Below are positions 34,321 through 44,282 of a stretch of 64,000 bases of DNA, piece by piece; within the stretch, counting starts at the first letter, position 1, and the number at the start of each line of letters is the position of its first letter. The notes beneath the pieces are model-generated. The model made no database searches. It worked only from the letters and a program-made list of their open reading frames with translations, and was not told the DNA's origin. The stretch covers positions 480,001 through 544,000 of the forward strand of contig OZ241869.1 in NCBI GenBank assembly GCA_965202805.1, given 5' to 3'. The stretch comes from Longimicrobiales bacterium. GTDB taxonomy: Bacteria; Gemmatimonadota; Gemmatimonadetes; Longimicrobiales; Gaopeijiaceae. Made by a program: the position numbers and the translations under genes.

Positions 34321-36687
34321 CTACTCCGCCACCCCCTTCTCCCGCAAAATCTCCCACACCCGATCCGGCCGAATCGGGATCTCCACATGCGTCACCCCCA
34401 GGTGCGCCAGCGCATCCACCACCGCGTTGGCAATCGCCGGCGGCGCCCCCACCGTAGCCGACTCCCCGACCCCCTTCGCCCCCAGCGGATGATGCGGCGA
34501 CGGCGTCACCGTATGCCCGGTCTCCCACATGGGCGTCTCCACCGCGGTCGGCACCAAGTAGTCCATGAACGAGCCGGCCAGGTTGTTGCCGTCCTCGTCG
34601 TACGCCATCTCCTCGTACAACGCGGGACCCAGCCCCTGGGTCAACCCACCGTGGATCTGCCCCTGCACGATCATCGGGTTGATGATGTTGCCGCAGTCGT
34701 CCACCGCCACGAAGCGCCGCACGGTCACCTCGCCCGTCCCGCGGTCGATGTCCACCACGCAGATGTACGTTCCGAACGGGAACGTCAGGTTGGGCGGGTC
34801 GTAGTAGTTGGTCGCCTCCATTCCCGGCTCCATTCCCGGGGGCAGGTTGGTGTAGGCGGCGAAGGCGCAGTCCTGGATGGACACCGACTTGTCCGGGGCG
34901 CCCTTCACCGAGAAGGTGCCGGGCTCCCAGTCCAGGTCCTCCTCGCTCACCTCGAGCAGGTGCGCGGCGATCTTCGCGGCCTTGTCGCGGATCTGGCGCG
35001 CGGCCATCGCGCCCGCGGCGCCCGCGGTCGGGGTCGAGCGGCTCGCGTACGTCCCCAGGCCATACGGCGCCGTATCCGTGTCGCCCTCCTCCACCTGCAC
35101 GTGCTCGGCCGGGAGGCCCAGTTCCTCGGCGATGATCTGCGCGTACGTCGTCTCGTGGCCCTGGCCCTGCGACTTCGTCCCGAACCTGGCGATGGCCTTG
35201 CCGGTCGGGTGCACGCGCACCTCGGCCGAATCGAACATCTTGATGCCCAGGATGTCGAAGTCCTTCGACGGGCCGGCGCCGAGCACCTCGGTGAAGCTGC
35301 ACACGCCGATGCCCATCAGCTCGCCGCGCGCGCGCTTCTCGGCCTGCTCCGCGCGCAGGTCGTCGTAGCCGATCATCTCCCTGGCCTTGTCCATCGCGGC
35401 CTGGTAGTCGCCGCTGTCGTACTCCCAGCCCAGTGGCGAGTGGTACGGGAAGGCGTCCTTGGGGATGAAGTTCTCCTCGCGCAGCGTCGCGGGGTCCTTG
35501 CCCACCTTGTGCGCGAGCGTGTCCACGATGCGCTCCATGCAGTGCACGGCCTCGGTCACGCGGAAGGAGCAGCGGTACGCCACGCCTCCCGGCGGCTTGT
35601 TGGTGTAGACCGCGTCGACCTCGGCGTACGCCTGCTCCATGTCGTAGGACCCGGTGCAGATCGAGAAGAGGCCCGCGGGGAACTTGGACGGCGCGGCCTG
35701 GGCGTCGGAGTAGCCGTGGTCCGCGAGCGTCTTGATGCGGAGCGCCCGGATCTTGCCGTCGGCGTTGGCCGCGAGTTCGGCGTCCATGTGATAGTCGCGC
35801 GCGAAGGAGTCGGCCTGGAGGTTCTCCATCCGGTCCTCGATCCACTTGACCGGGGTGCCCAGCACCACCGACGCCGCGATGGCGATCACGTAGCCGGGGT
35901 AGACCGGCACCTTGCCGCCGAAGCCGCCCCCGATGTCGGGGCTCACCACGCGGATCTTCTCCTCGGAGAGCCCCACGTGGCCCGCCACCAGCGCGAGCAC
36001 GGTGCGGATGGCGTGCGGGGCCTGGGTGGTCATGTAGACGGTGAGGTGCCCCTCGACCGGGTTGAAGTCCGCGAGGCAGCCGCAGGTCTCGATCGACGCC
36101 ACGTGGATGCGCGGCACGTGCATCTTCTCGCGCACCACCACGTCGGCCTCGTCGAAGATCCGGTCCGTGGCCTCCTTGTCGCCCGCCTCCCAGTGCCAGA
36201 TGCGGTTGTCGGTCTTGCCTTCCTTGTCCACCCGCAGCACCGGCGCGTCGTCCTCGAGGGCCTTGAACGGGTCCATCACGGGGGTCATCGGCTCGTATTC
36301 GACCTCGACCGCGGCCACGCCGTCGGCGGCCGCATAGCGCGAGGTCGCGATCACGCCGGCCACCTCCTGCGCCTGGTACATGACCGTGTCGGTGGGGAGC
36401 ACCATCTGGGTGTCCGACATGAGGGTCGGCATCCAGTGGAGGTTGTACGCCTCCAGGTCCTTGCCCGTGAGCACGGCGAGCACGCCGGGGATCTCGAGCG
36501 CCTTGGAGCTGTCGATGTTCTTGATCTTGCCGTAGGCGATGGGGCTCCGGACGACGTCCAGCCACAGCATCCCCGGGAGCGTGAAGTCGTCGATGTAGTT
36601 GCCCTTGCCCTGCAGGAAGCGCGGGTCCTCCTTGCGCTTCATGGAGTGGCCCATGCCGCAGATTTTGGCGGATGTCTTCGGTGCCAT
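34321..36687 (-). CDS. coxL: Aerobic CO dehydrogenase large subunit, form I
   Basis: GGVAYRCSFRVTEA form I active-site motif, GGGFGGK, QGQGHETTYAQI, AKGVGES. Confidence 0.97.
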   Translation of the reverse strand: MAPKTSAKICGMGHSMKRKEDPRFLQGKGNYIDDFTLPGMLWLDVVRSPIAYGKIKNIDSSKALEIPGVLAVLTGKDLEAYNLHWMPTLMSDTQMVLPTDTVMYQAQEVAGVIATSRYAAADGVAAVEVEYEPMTPVMDPFKALEDDAPVLRVDKEGKTDNRIWHWEAGDKEATDRIFDEADVVVREKMHVPRIHVASIETCGCLADFNPVEGHLTVYMTTQAPHAIRTVLALVAGHVGLSEEKIRVVSPDIGGGFGGKVPVYPGYVIAIAASVVLGTPVKWIEDRMENLQADSFARDYHMDAELAANADGKIRALRIKTLADHGYSDAQAAPSKFPAGLFSICTGSYDMEQAYAEVDAVYTNKPPGGVAYRCSFRVTEAVHCMERIVDTLAHKVGKDPATLREENFIPKDAFPYHSPLGWEYDSGDYQAAMDKAREMIGYDDLRAEQAEKRARGELMGIGVCSFTEVLGAGPSKDFDILGIKMFDSAEVRVHPTGKAIARFGTKSQGQGHETTYAQIIAEELGLPAEHVQVEEGDTDTAPYGLGTYASRSTPTAGAAGAMAARQIRDKAAKIAAHLLEVSEEDLDWEPGTFSVKGAPDKSVSIQDCAFAAYTNLPPGMEPGMEATNYYDPPNLTFPFGTYICVVDIDRGTGEVTVRRFVAVDDCGNIINPMIVQGQIHGGLTQGLGPALYEEMAYDEDGNNLAGSFMDYLVPTAVETPMWETGHTVTPSPHHPLGAKGVGESATVGAPPAIANAVVDALAHLGVTHVEIPIRPDRVWEILREKGVAE

Positions 36688-37166
36688 CAGTCGCCCTCCC
36701 CCATCCTGGCGGCGGCGTATTCCACCGCCTTGACGATGTTCACGTATCCGGTACAGCGGCAGAGGTTTCCGGAGATGGCCTCGCGGATCTCGGCTTCGCT
36801 GGGATTCGGATTGTCTTCGAGCAGCGCGGTCCCGGTCATGAGCATGCCGGGGGTGCAGAAGCCGCACTGGAGGCCGTGCTCCTGCTGGAAGCCTTCCTGC
36901 AGCGGCGTCATGCCGTCCGCGCCGGCGAGTCCTTCGACCGTGCCGATCTCGGCGCCGTCGGCCTGGACCGCGAGCATGGTGCACGACTTGGTGGGCGCGC
37001 CGTCGACCAGGACGGTGCAGGCGCCGCAGTGCGTGGTGTCGCAGCCGATGTGGGTGCCGGTGAGCGCGAGGTCGTCGCGGATCAGGTGCACGAGCAGGAG
37101 GCGCGAGTCGACCGTGGCCGAGTGCGCCGTGCCGTTCACCGTGACGGTGATCTGGTGTGTCGCCAT
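36687..37166 (-). CDS. coxS: CO dehydrogenase small 2Fe-2S subunit
   Basis: [28 protein letters not shown]. Confidence 0.95.
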   Translation of the reverse strand: MATHQITVTVNGTAHSATVDSRLLLVHLIRDDLALTGTHIGCDTTHCGACTVLVDGAPTKSCTMLAVQADGAEIGTVEGLAGADGMTPLQEGFQQEHGLQCGFCTPGMLMTGTALLEDNPNPSEAEIREAISGNLCRCTGYVNIVKAVEYAAARMGEGD

Positions 37167-37170
37167 GTCC

Positions 37171-38037
37171 CTAACCTCCTGCGCGCGCGAGCGCCTTGCG
37201 GATGGCACGGGCCGTGAGCACGCGGGCCATGTTCTGCTTGTATTCGACGGAGCCGCGCCGGTCGGCGATGGGCTCGGTGGCGTCGGCGGCGGCCTGCGCG
37301 GCGGCGGCGATGGCGGCGCCGCCGGGGGCCTGGCCCGTGAGCGCTTCCTCCGCGGCGGTCGCGCGGATGGGGGCGATGCCCAGGTTGGTGAGCCCGATGC
37401 CCGCGCTCGCCACGGTCCCGTCGTCGGCCAGCGAGAGCTGCACCGCGGATCCGGCCACGGCGTAGTCGCCCACCTTGCGCTCGAGCTTGACGTAGGCGCC
37501 GCCGCTGTTGGGGGCGGGCGCCGGGATGCGGATTTCGGTCAGGATCTCACCCTCTCCGAGCGCCGTCATGAAGAGCCCGAAGAAGAACTCGCCGATGTCG
37601 ATGGTGCGCGCGCCGTCCGGTCCCGTGGCCACCACCTCGGCGCCGAGCGCCAGCATGGTCGCGGGATGGTCGTTGGCGGGGTCGCCGTGCGCGATGTTGC
37701 CGCAGATGGTGGCGCGGTTCCGCACCAGCGGGTCGGCGATCACCTTCGCGGTGTCGAGCAGGATGGGATAGCGCTCCGCCACCACCGCCGACTGCTCGAG
37801 CTGGGTCTCGGTCACCAGCGCGCCGATGCGCAGGACGCCGTCCTCTTCCGCGAGCGTGTCGAGGCCCGGGATGCGCCCGATGTCCACGATGTTGGCCGGC
37901 GAGGCCAGGCGCAGCTTCAGCATCGGCAGGAGGCTCTGCCCGCCCGACATCACCTTCGGGTCGTCGAGGGAGCCGAGCAGCCCCAGCGCCTCGTCCAGCG
38001 AGCCGGGGGCGTGGTAGTCGAACTGCGGGGGAATCAT
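37171..38037 (-). CDS. coxM: CO dehydrogenase medium FAD subunit
   Basis: [40 protein letters not shown]. Confidence 0.95.
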   Translation of the reverse strand: MIPPQFDYHAPGSLDEALGLLGSLDDPKVMSGGQSLLPMLKLRLASPANIVDIGRIPGLDTLAEEDGVLRIGALVTETQLEQSAVVAERYPILLDTAKVIADPLVRNRATICGNIAHGDPANDHPATMLALGAEVVATGPDGARTIDIGEFFFGLFMTALGEGEILTEIRIPAPAPNSGGAYVKLERKVGDYAVAGSAVQLSLADDGTVASAGIGLTNLGIAPIRATAAEEALTGQAPGGAAIAAAAQAAADATEPIADRRGSVEYKQNMARVLTARAIRKALARAGG

Positions 38038-38058
38038 GTCTCAGCTCTCCTCTGCCGG

Positions 38059-38502
38059 TCAGGCCAGCGCTTTGGTGAGGTTTCCCACGAACTCCTGTAG
38101 CATCTTCTTCGACACGACCTGGATCATGCCGCGTCCCATCTGGGCCAGAATTCCGGTCACGACGACATCTGAATCGATCGTCACCTCGGTGCGCGTGTCG
38201 CCGTGGGCGACCACCTGGCTGGTCATGGTCATGTCGGCCGTGCCCATGCCCCGCTTGCCCCGGCCCCGCGCGCGCACCTCGACGGATCGCTCGTCCTCGT
38301 CCAACTGGAAGGATACGGTCCCGTCGTATGACACCGCGAGGGGTCCGACCTTCACCGACATCCCGCCCGAGTAGGTGTTGTCGTCGATCTGGTCGCCCAT
38401 GCTCGCGCCGGGAAGGAGGGTCGCGACCCGCTCGGGGTCGGAGAGCAGCGCCCAGACCTCGGCTGCGGGCGCGTCGATGGTGAAGCCGTCCTGGATTTTC
38501 AT
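38059..38502 (-). CDS. coxG: CoxG/SRPBCC family protein
   Basis: FTIDAPAAEVWALLSDPERVATLLPGA...VKVGPL...GILAQMGRGMI. Confidence 0.85.
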   Translation of the reverse strand: MKIQDGFTIDAPAAEVWALLSDPERVATLLPGASMGDQIDDNTYSGGMSVKVGPLAVSYDGTVSFQLDEDERSVEVRARGRGKRGMGTADMTMTSQVVAHGDTRTEVTIDSDVVVTGILAQMGRGMIQVVSKKMLQEFVGNLTKALA

Positions 38503-38518
38503 TCGGATGTTTCTCCGG

Positions 38519-39670
38519 TTATTTCAGATGGGGCAGGATCGCTTCCAGCGCTTCGAGATTGTGGGCGGGCACGAGACGGTCCACGTGCGGCAGCGCCGCC
38601 TGCATGCCCTTCGCCTCCGGGCGATAGCGCGGGTCGCCCATGAGCGGGTTCAGCCAGATGATCCGGCGGGCGCGCCGGCGGATGGCCAGCAGGGCCGTCT
38701 CCAGCGACCCGGTATCGCCCCGGTCGAGCCCGTCGCTCAGGATCAACACCGTGGTATCGCTTCGCACGGTGTGCCGCAAGTGGTTGTCGACGAACGCGAG
38801 CAGGCACTCGCCGATGCGGGTCCCGCCGGACCAGTCCTCCACGTTGCGCGCGAGCCGCTCCAGGGTGCCGGTCACGTCGCCGGTCCGGAGCCACGGGGTC
38901 AGGCGCGTGAGCGAGGTGTTGAAGGCGAAGATCTCGGTGCGGCGCGTGACCTTGCGCAGCGCGAAGACGAAGGCGAGCAGGAAGCGCGAGCAGGCGTCCA
39001 TGGACCCGCTGGTGTCGCAGAGGACGACCAGGCTGGGGAGCTCGACGGCCCGGGCGCGGCGCGCCAGCTCGACCATTTCGCCCCCGTGGGCCAGGGAGCG
39101 GCGGAAGCTCCGGCGCACGTCCACCACCGGGCCGCGCGCGGACGGCACCATGCGGCGGCTCGGCCGGGTGGCGATGCGGGCCGCGAGGCGTTCCAGCAGG
39201 CGCTCCATGTCGCGGAGGTCGTCCGGGGTGCACTCGTCGAAGACCTTCCTGCGCAGGAGCGCGCGCGGGCTGTAGCCGGGGAGGTCGCCGTCGGCGTCGG
39301 GCGCCTCGGCTTCGCCGCTGCCGGTACGTTCGTCGAGTTCGCGGCGGATGCGCGCGAGGGGGGCCTCGGTGTTCTCGTCGCCACGCCAGCGGCGCGGGGG
39401 CCGGGGGGCGCTCCGGTCGCGGGCGGGGCGGGGGAGGGCGGCGCGGCGCCAGCTCTCGTCGAAGAGGCGTTCGAACGCGGCCCACCAGCGGCGCGGGATC
39501 TTGAGCGCGCTGCGGAGCGCCAGCCGGACCTCCTCCGGGTCGCCGACGTCGATGAAGCGGAGGGCGGCGGCGCCGTCGATTTCGTCGCGCAGGCCGACGG
39601 GGACGCCGGCGTGGCGGAGTTCGCCGGAGAAACGGGCGAGGTGGGTGATGAGGTCCTGGCCCGCCATCAT
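38519..39670 (-). CDS. coxE: CoxE-like VWA domain protein
   Basis: LCDTSGSM, WSGGTRIGECL, ILSDGLDRG, IIWLNPL. Confidence 0.9.
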   Translation of the reverse strand: MMAGQDLITHLARFSGELRHAGVPVGLRDEIDGAAALRFIDVGDPEEVRLALRSALKIPRRWWAAFERLFDESWRRAALPRPARDRSAPRPPRRWRGDENTEAPLARIRRELDERTGSGEAEAPDADGDLPGYSPRALLRRKVFDECTPDDLRDMERLLERLAARIATRPSRRMVPSARGPVVDVRRSFRRSLAHGGEMVELARRARAVELPSLVVLCDTSGSMDACSRFLLAFVFALRKVTRRTEIFAFNTSLTRLTPWLRTGDVTGTLERLARNVEDWSGGTRIGECLLAFVDNHLRHTVRSDTTVLILSDGLDRGDTGSLETALLAIRRRARRIIWLNPLMGDPRYRPEAKGMQAALPHVDRLVPAHNLEALEAILPHLK

Positions 39671-40740
39671 CCGGCGCTCGCGCCCGCGAGCAGGGTTTCG
39701 ATGTCCTCCGCGTGGAGCAAGCTGATGTCGTGCTGATCCTTGACGACGCAGCCCAGGGTCTCGGAGACGATCTCTGCATCGAGGTGGTCCTGATGCAGGG
39801 TGACCAGGGCGCGGGCCCAGTCGAGCGTCTCGGCCACGCCGGGCGGCTTCATGAGGCGTCGCGTGCGCAGGCCCTGCACGACATGGGTGATCTGTGCGGC
39901 GAGGGCGTCGGTGATCCCGGGCACCTTGGCGCGGATGATTTCGACCTCCTTGGCGAAGGTCGGGTGCTCGATGTAGAGGTAGAGGCAGCGCCGCCGGAGC
40001 GCGTCGCCGATCTCGCGGCTCCGGTTGGAGGTGAGGACCACGAGGGGCCGGTGGGTCGCGCGGATGGTGCCCAGTTCGGGGATGGTCACCTGGAAGTCGG
40101 AGAGCACCTCGAGCAGGAAGGCCTCGAACCCCTCGTCGGCCCGGTCGATCTCGTCGATGAGCAGCACGGGCGGCGTGTCGCGGGTGATGGCGCGCAGCAG
40201 CGGCCGCTCGAGCAGGTAGCGGCGCCCGAAGATGACGCCTTCCAGGTGGTCGGCGCGGGTGTCGGGGCTTTGGCTGTATGGATTGCCATATCGGCCATCT
40301 GGTTTGCCATATGGACCATCTGGTTTTCCATACGCAGGGTCTGGTGGGCCACCCTCGTGCGCGGCGGTGGTTGTTCCGGGTAGGTCCCCGGCGTCCTGAT
40401 GCGCCCGCGCGCCCTCGGCGCGATCCGGCCCGCCCTCGGCGCGGTCGCCTGCGGCTTCCTCCGCTCCCATGCGCAAGCGCAGCAGCTGCTTCTGGTAGTT
40501 CCACTCGTAGAGGGCGGTGTTGACGTCGAGGCCCTCGTAGCACTGGAGGCGGATGAGCTCGGTCTCCATGAGGGCCGCCATCACCTTGGCGATCTCGGTC
40601 TTGCCGACCCCCGCGTCGCCTTCGACCAGGAGCGGCTTCTCCATCGCGCGCGCCAGGTGGACGGCGGTGACGATGGATGGCTCGGCGATGTAGTCCGCCC
40701 GGCGCATCGCCTCCTGCAGCGCGCGGATCTCGGGTCTCAC
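39667..40740 (-). CDS. coxD: CoxD MoxR-type AAA+ ATPase with a low-complexity insertion
   Basis: EGDAGVGKTE, RLQCYEGLD, LLIDEIDRADEGFEAFLLE, DALRRRC. Confidence 0.9.
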   Translation of the reverse strand: MRPEIRALQEAMRRADYIAEPSIVTAVHLARAMEKPLLVEGDAGVGKTEIAKVMAALMETELIRLQCYEGLDVNTALYEWNYQKQLLRLRMGAEEAAGDRAEGGPDRAEGARAHQDAGDLPGTTTAAHEGGPPDPAYGKPDGPYGKPDGRYGNPYSQSPDTRADHLEGVIFGRRYLLERPLLRAITRDTPPVLLIDEIDRADEGFEAFLLEVLSDFQVTIPELGTIRATHRPLVVLTSNRSREIGDALRRRCLYLYIEHPTFAKEVEIIRAKVPGITDALAAQITHVVQGLRTRRLMKPPGVAETLDWARALVTLHQDHLDAEIVSETLGCVVKDQHDISLLHAEDIETLLAGASAG

Positions 40741-41855
40741 GCCGGACCCGTCGCGGGGTTGGCGGCGAAGACCTCCGGGGTCGACTCGAAGAGGCCGCGG
40801 CAGCCCTCGCAGCAGAAGTAGAGGGTCCGGCCGGCGTGGACCGCCGAAGCGGACCCCGCCACCGGCACCGTCATCCCGCACACCGGGTCGGTAGCCCAGG
40901 CGGCCGCCTCCGCGCCGGCCGTGCCGGATCCGTTCCCCGTGCCGGCCCCTTCACCCGCTTCGGGCGTGCCGCCCCCGCCCGCCAGGTCCGCGCCGGCCGT
41001 GCCGGCCGCGCCACCCGTGCCGCCCGCGGCCGCGTCGCCCCCGCCCGCCGCGGCGTCGGTCGTTCCTCCCCCGCCCGCCCGCCGCGCCTCTCCGACGATC
41101 TCGGCCAGGATGCTCACGGCGATCTCCTCCGGCTGCTCGGCGCCCAGGTCGAGCCCGGCGGGCCCGCGTATGCGGCCGATCGCGTCGTCGCCGAGCCCGA
41201 GACCCGCCAGCACCGCGCGCACGCTCCGCATCCGCTTCGGGGATGCCACCACGCCCAGGTAGTCGGGCCCGGCGCCTGCCAGCAGGGCGAGCGTCCGCTC
41301 GTCCTCCCGTCCCATGGTCGCCACGACCGCGAACAGCCGCGTTCCGGGAGGACGGGAGGCGAGCAGCCCCGCCCGGGCCGCGAGGTCCTCCGCCTGCTCG
41401 TCGGCGAGGTCGGACATCTCCTCGCCGGTGGACGCGGCCGCCACCGTCCGGTATCTCATCGCGCGCCCCAGCCGGAGCAGCGCCAGCGCCACGGGAGAGT
41501 CACCCACCACCAGCAGGACGGGCGCCGGCAAAACGGGGTTGATGTGCACTTCCACTTTTCCTCCGCTCGCGCAGGACATGGATACCTTCACCAGGTCGTC
41601 GGGGCGCCCCTCGTCCGCCCCGAAGGCCAGCAGCCGGGGTTCTCCCAGGCGGAGCGCCTCCAGCGCATGGCGGATCACCTCGGAGCGGGTGCAGCTCCCG
41701 CCGATCCAGCCGTGCATGACTCCGTCCGGGTCGATCAGCGCCGCGTTGCCCGGCTTGCCGGAGGTGGGGCGCTCGCTCCGCACCACCGTGGCCAGCGCGA
41801 AGGGCCGCCGCTCGCGCTCCATCCGCGCCGCCCGGCGGAGCAGGTCGCCGGTCAA
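40737..41855 (-). CDS. XdhC/CoxF-family maturation factor with C-terminal YHS domain
   Basis: GWIGGSC, SCASGG, GPAGLDLGAEQPEEIAVSILAEI, DPVCGM...YFCCEGC. Confidence 0.9.
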   Translation of the reverse strand: MTGDLLRRAARMERERRPFALATVVRSERPTSGKPGNAALIDPDGVMHGWIGGSCTRSEVIRHALEALRLGEPRLLAFGADEGRPDDLVKVSMSCASGGKVEVHINPVLPAPVLLVVGDSPVALALLRLGRAMRYRTVAAASTGEEMSDLADEQAEDLAARAGLLASRPPGTRLFAVVATMGREDERTLALLAGAGPDYLGVVASPKRMRSVRAVLAGLGLGDDAIGRIRGPAGLDLGAEQPEEIAVSILAEIVGEARRAGGGGTTDAAAGGGDAAAGGTGGAAGTAGADLAGGGGTPEAGEGAGTGNGSGTAGAEAAAWATDPVCGMTVPVAGSASAVHAGRTLYFCCEGCRGLFESTPEVFAANPATGPA

Positions 41856-42541
41856 TTGCCCTCACCGGAGGCGGCTGTGGCCCCACCCGCCGCGGCGTCC
41901 CCTCCGTCCGCTGCGTCGGCGGCCGCCGCGTCCGCTCCGGCGCGCGCGAACTCCTCGACTGCGGCCTCGTAGTCCTCCGGGCGGTCGAGGTCGCGCAACC
42001 GGGCCGCCGGCCAGTCGACCTGCACGGCCCGGTCGTGGTGGCGGCGCACCACCTCCCGCCCGCACCCCGCGCGCATGCGGGTCACCTCGGGGAAGAGCAC
42101 CTGGTCGTAGAGCATCGGCGGCGCGTTCACCTCGCCCCCGTACCGCGACACCACCAGCGGCGGCGCCTCCGCGGCGTAGCGCTCCACCAGCGTGCGCAGC
42201 ATGCGCGCGGTCACGAACGGCATGTCCGCGAGCATCACCACGGCGGCGTCGCACGCGCCGGCGACCCCGGCCACACCGGAAGCCGCGGAGGTCTGGATGC
42301 CCGCGCCGTGGTCGGCGTTGAACACGGGCGTGCAGTCCATGTCCGCGATCTCCCTCTCGATCCGCTCGCGCGCGTGCCCAGTGACCACCACCACCGGATC
42401 GAGGCCGGCCTCCCTCGAGACCCGCACCGCGCGGCGCACCAGAGTTTCGCCCGCCACCTCCAGCAGCAGCTTGTTCCGACCCATCCGGGTCGAAGAACCG
42501 GCTGCGAGCACGATCCCCGCTACGCGTTGTCCCCTGGCCAC
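41852..42541 (-). CDS. mocA: Molybdenum cofactor cytidylyltransferase-like (MocA/MobA family)
   Basis: VLAAGSSTRMGRNKLLL, LADMPFV, DLDRPEDY. Confidence 0.8.
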   Translation of the reverse strand: MARGQRVAGIVLAAGSSTRMGRNKLLLEVAGETLVRRAVRVSREAGLDPVVVVTGHARERIEREIADMDCTPVFNADHGAGIQTSAASGVAGVAGACDAAVVMLADMPFVTARMLRTLVERYAAEAPPLVVSRYGGEVNAPPMLYDQVLFPEVTRMRAGCGREVVRRHHDRAVQVDWPAARLRDLDRPEDYEAAVEEFARAGADAAAADAADGGDAAAGGATAASGEGN

Positions 42542-42599
42542 CTGAGTCCCGGTGCTTCCGGCTCCTTGTTCGTTGCTGGAGGGACGCGGTCCCGCCTGC

Positions 42600-43370
42600 C
42601 TACGGCGACAGACTGAATCCGAAGACGAGAAAGGCGCGGTCGGGATCCGGCCCGTGCTCGTGCTCGTGCTCGTGACCCATGTGGTCCTCTTCGCCGAGGC
42701 GGTTCGCGTTGACGATATACGAGACGCTCACCGGCACCGCAAAGTCGTCGGTGATGACCAGGTCCTTGCTGGCCGATATGCCCAGGTTCACGAACGCGGT
42801 CCCCTCCGTCCCGTAGAACTCGCTCTCGCCGGCGACCATCCCGGCCGTCAGGCTGACGTCGACGTCCTCGAAGGCCGACACCGGAACGCTGGCTTCCAGG
42901 TACAGGGAGTTGTCGGGGTCGTTGCGCGACATCCTCCCGGCGTAGAGCGAGATCGGGAAGCTCTCGGGCCCGCTGAAGGAAGCCGACAGCTCGAGTGTGT
43001 GGGCGTCGGTCACGAAGAAACCGGGTTCCCCCGGGCCGGGGAAGTAGTAGTCCGTGAACCCGAACGAGAACGAGGCGCCGTTCGAGGTGGCGACGGTATA
43101 CGTGGCCCAGAGGTCGTTCTCGTTGGCGCCGGCTCCCGAGGCGGAGATGGAGTAGGAGCCCCAGGCGCCCACCTCCAACCCGCCGAAGCCGAGCGTCAGC
43201 GCGGGCTGCACGGACATCGATTCCCCGAAGTCGATGCCGCGCCAGACGTAGCGGCTGACGACGTCGGCGCCGATGGAGGCGGACTGGCCCTGGACCGGGC
43301 CCGCGAGGGAGAGCATCAGGGCAAGGGTCAGGGTGGACAACAGGACGCGTGCATTACGGGTCGGAAGCAT
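42600..43370 (-). CDS. Outer-membrane beta-barrel (TorF-like putative porin) with His-rich loop
   Basis: Signal peptide, DVVSRYVWRGID, GAWGS, FTDYYFP, C-terminal VFGFSL. Confidence 0.7.
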   Translation of the reverse strand: MLPTRNARVLLSTLTLALMLSLAGPVQGQSASIGADVVSRYVWRGIDFGESMSVQPALTLGFGGLEVGAWGSYSISASGAGANENDLWATYTVATSNGASFSFGFTDYYFPGPGEPGFFVTDAHTLELSASFSGPESFPISLYAGRMSRNDPDNSLYLEASVPVSAFEDVDVSLTAGMVAGESEFYGTEGTAFVNLGISASKDLVITDDFAVPVSVSYIVNANRLGEEDHMGHEHEHEHGPDPDRAFLVFGFSLSP

Positions 43371-43409
43371 CTGTTTTCTCCATGCGGTTGAGTAGACCTG
43401 CTGGATTCC

Positions 43410-44282
43410 TCACGGCTCGATCCCGGCGTGTTCCTCCCGCACCACCTCCACGCGCGTGGTGAGGGTGGAGTTGGCGGTTCCGCGAAACACGCCACGCACC
43501 GGTGGAACGTCGGCGTAGTCCCTGCCGACCGCGGCGCGCACGTGGCGCTCGTCGCAGTCGCAGTTGTTGGCGGGATCGAAGCCACACCATCCCAACCCGG
43601 GCAACCAGCATTCCACCCAGGCGTGACTTTCGTTGGTTGATTTCTGGCTGGCGTCGGGTCCGAGGTACCCCGAGACGTAGCGGGCGGGGACGCCCCAGCC
43701 CCGCAGGACGGAGATCATGACGTGCGCATAGTCCTGACACACGCCGCGGCCGCTCTCGAGGATGTGCTCGATGGGAGAGTCGGCCGCGGTGGTGCCGGGC
43801 GAGAACTCGAACGCCTCGTAGAGGCACGCAAGCAGAGCGCGAATGCTCTCCAGGACATCGTCCTGCCTCTCGATGCCGTGCGCGGAGGTGAACTGTGCCA
43901 AAGCGGCGGATGACGGCTGCGCGAAGCGGCTGGGCTCGAGCATCAGCCACAGTTCCGGCGTCCGGATGGCCGATGCCAGCGTCTCCCAGGAATCGGGTGC
44001 CGCGTTGGCGGGCATCGCGTCGGGGCGAGAGGTCTCCACGCTGGAGCGGGCGACGATGCGGAGTGCCCGGTGAGAGCCGGGCCGGTCGAAGTAGTGGCCC
44101 TGGTTGCCGAACGGTCCCCGGAACTCGAATGTCGCTCCCCCGGGATCCGTCTCGATCGACAGGTGGTGCACTTGCTGGCGTCGATCCCGAACCGGGGACA
44201 GGAAGAGGGTCATGACCGATCCCCGTACCGGAGCGTCGTAGCGGAACTTCAGTTCGTGCCGGATGGAATAGCGCGCGCTCAC
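43410..44282 (-). CDS. Transglutaminase-like protein
   Basis: GVCQDYAH, PARYVSGY, SHAWVE, GFDPAN, VGRDYADVPP. Confidence 0.92.
   Translation of the reverse strand: MSARYSIRHELKFRYDAPVRGSVMTLFLSPVRDRRQQVHHLSIETDPGGATFEFRGPFGNQGHYFDRPGSHRALRIVARSSVETSRPDAMPANAAPDSWETLASAIRTPELWLMLEPSRFAQPSSAALAQFTSAHGIERQDDVLESIRALLACLYEAFEFSPGTTAADSPIEHILESGRGVCQDYAHVMISVLRGWGVPARYVSGYLGPDASQKSTNESHAWVECWLPGLGWCGFDPANNCDCDERHVRAAVGRDYADVPPVRGVFRGTANSTLTTRVEVVREEHAGIEP

Noticed and set aside
34290..34800. att site or replaced 3' end of coxL at the island border
   Set aside because: No duplicate of the coxL end and no integrase within the window; the apparent codon-usage shift cannot be quantified by eye
31073..36565. 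1830-aa ORF as one giant protein
   Set aside because: The first ~760 codons are an Arg/Gly-rich off-frame shadow of coxL; protein-like sequence begins only near 34285
34306..38100. 1264-aa plus-strand ORF (and similar ones at 45271-47136, 55107-58142, 59087-61867)
   Set aside because: Antisense shadows of real high-GC genes with no motifs
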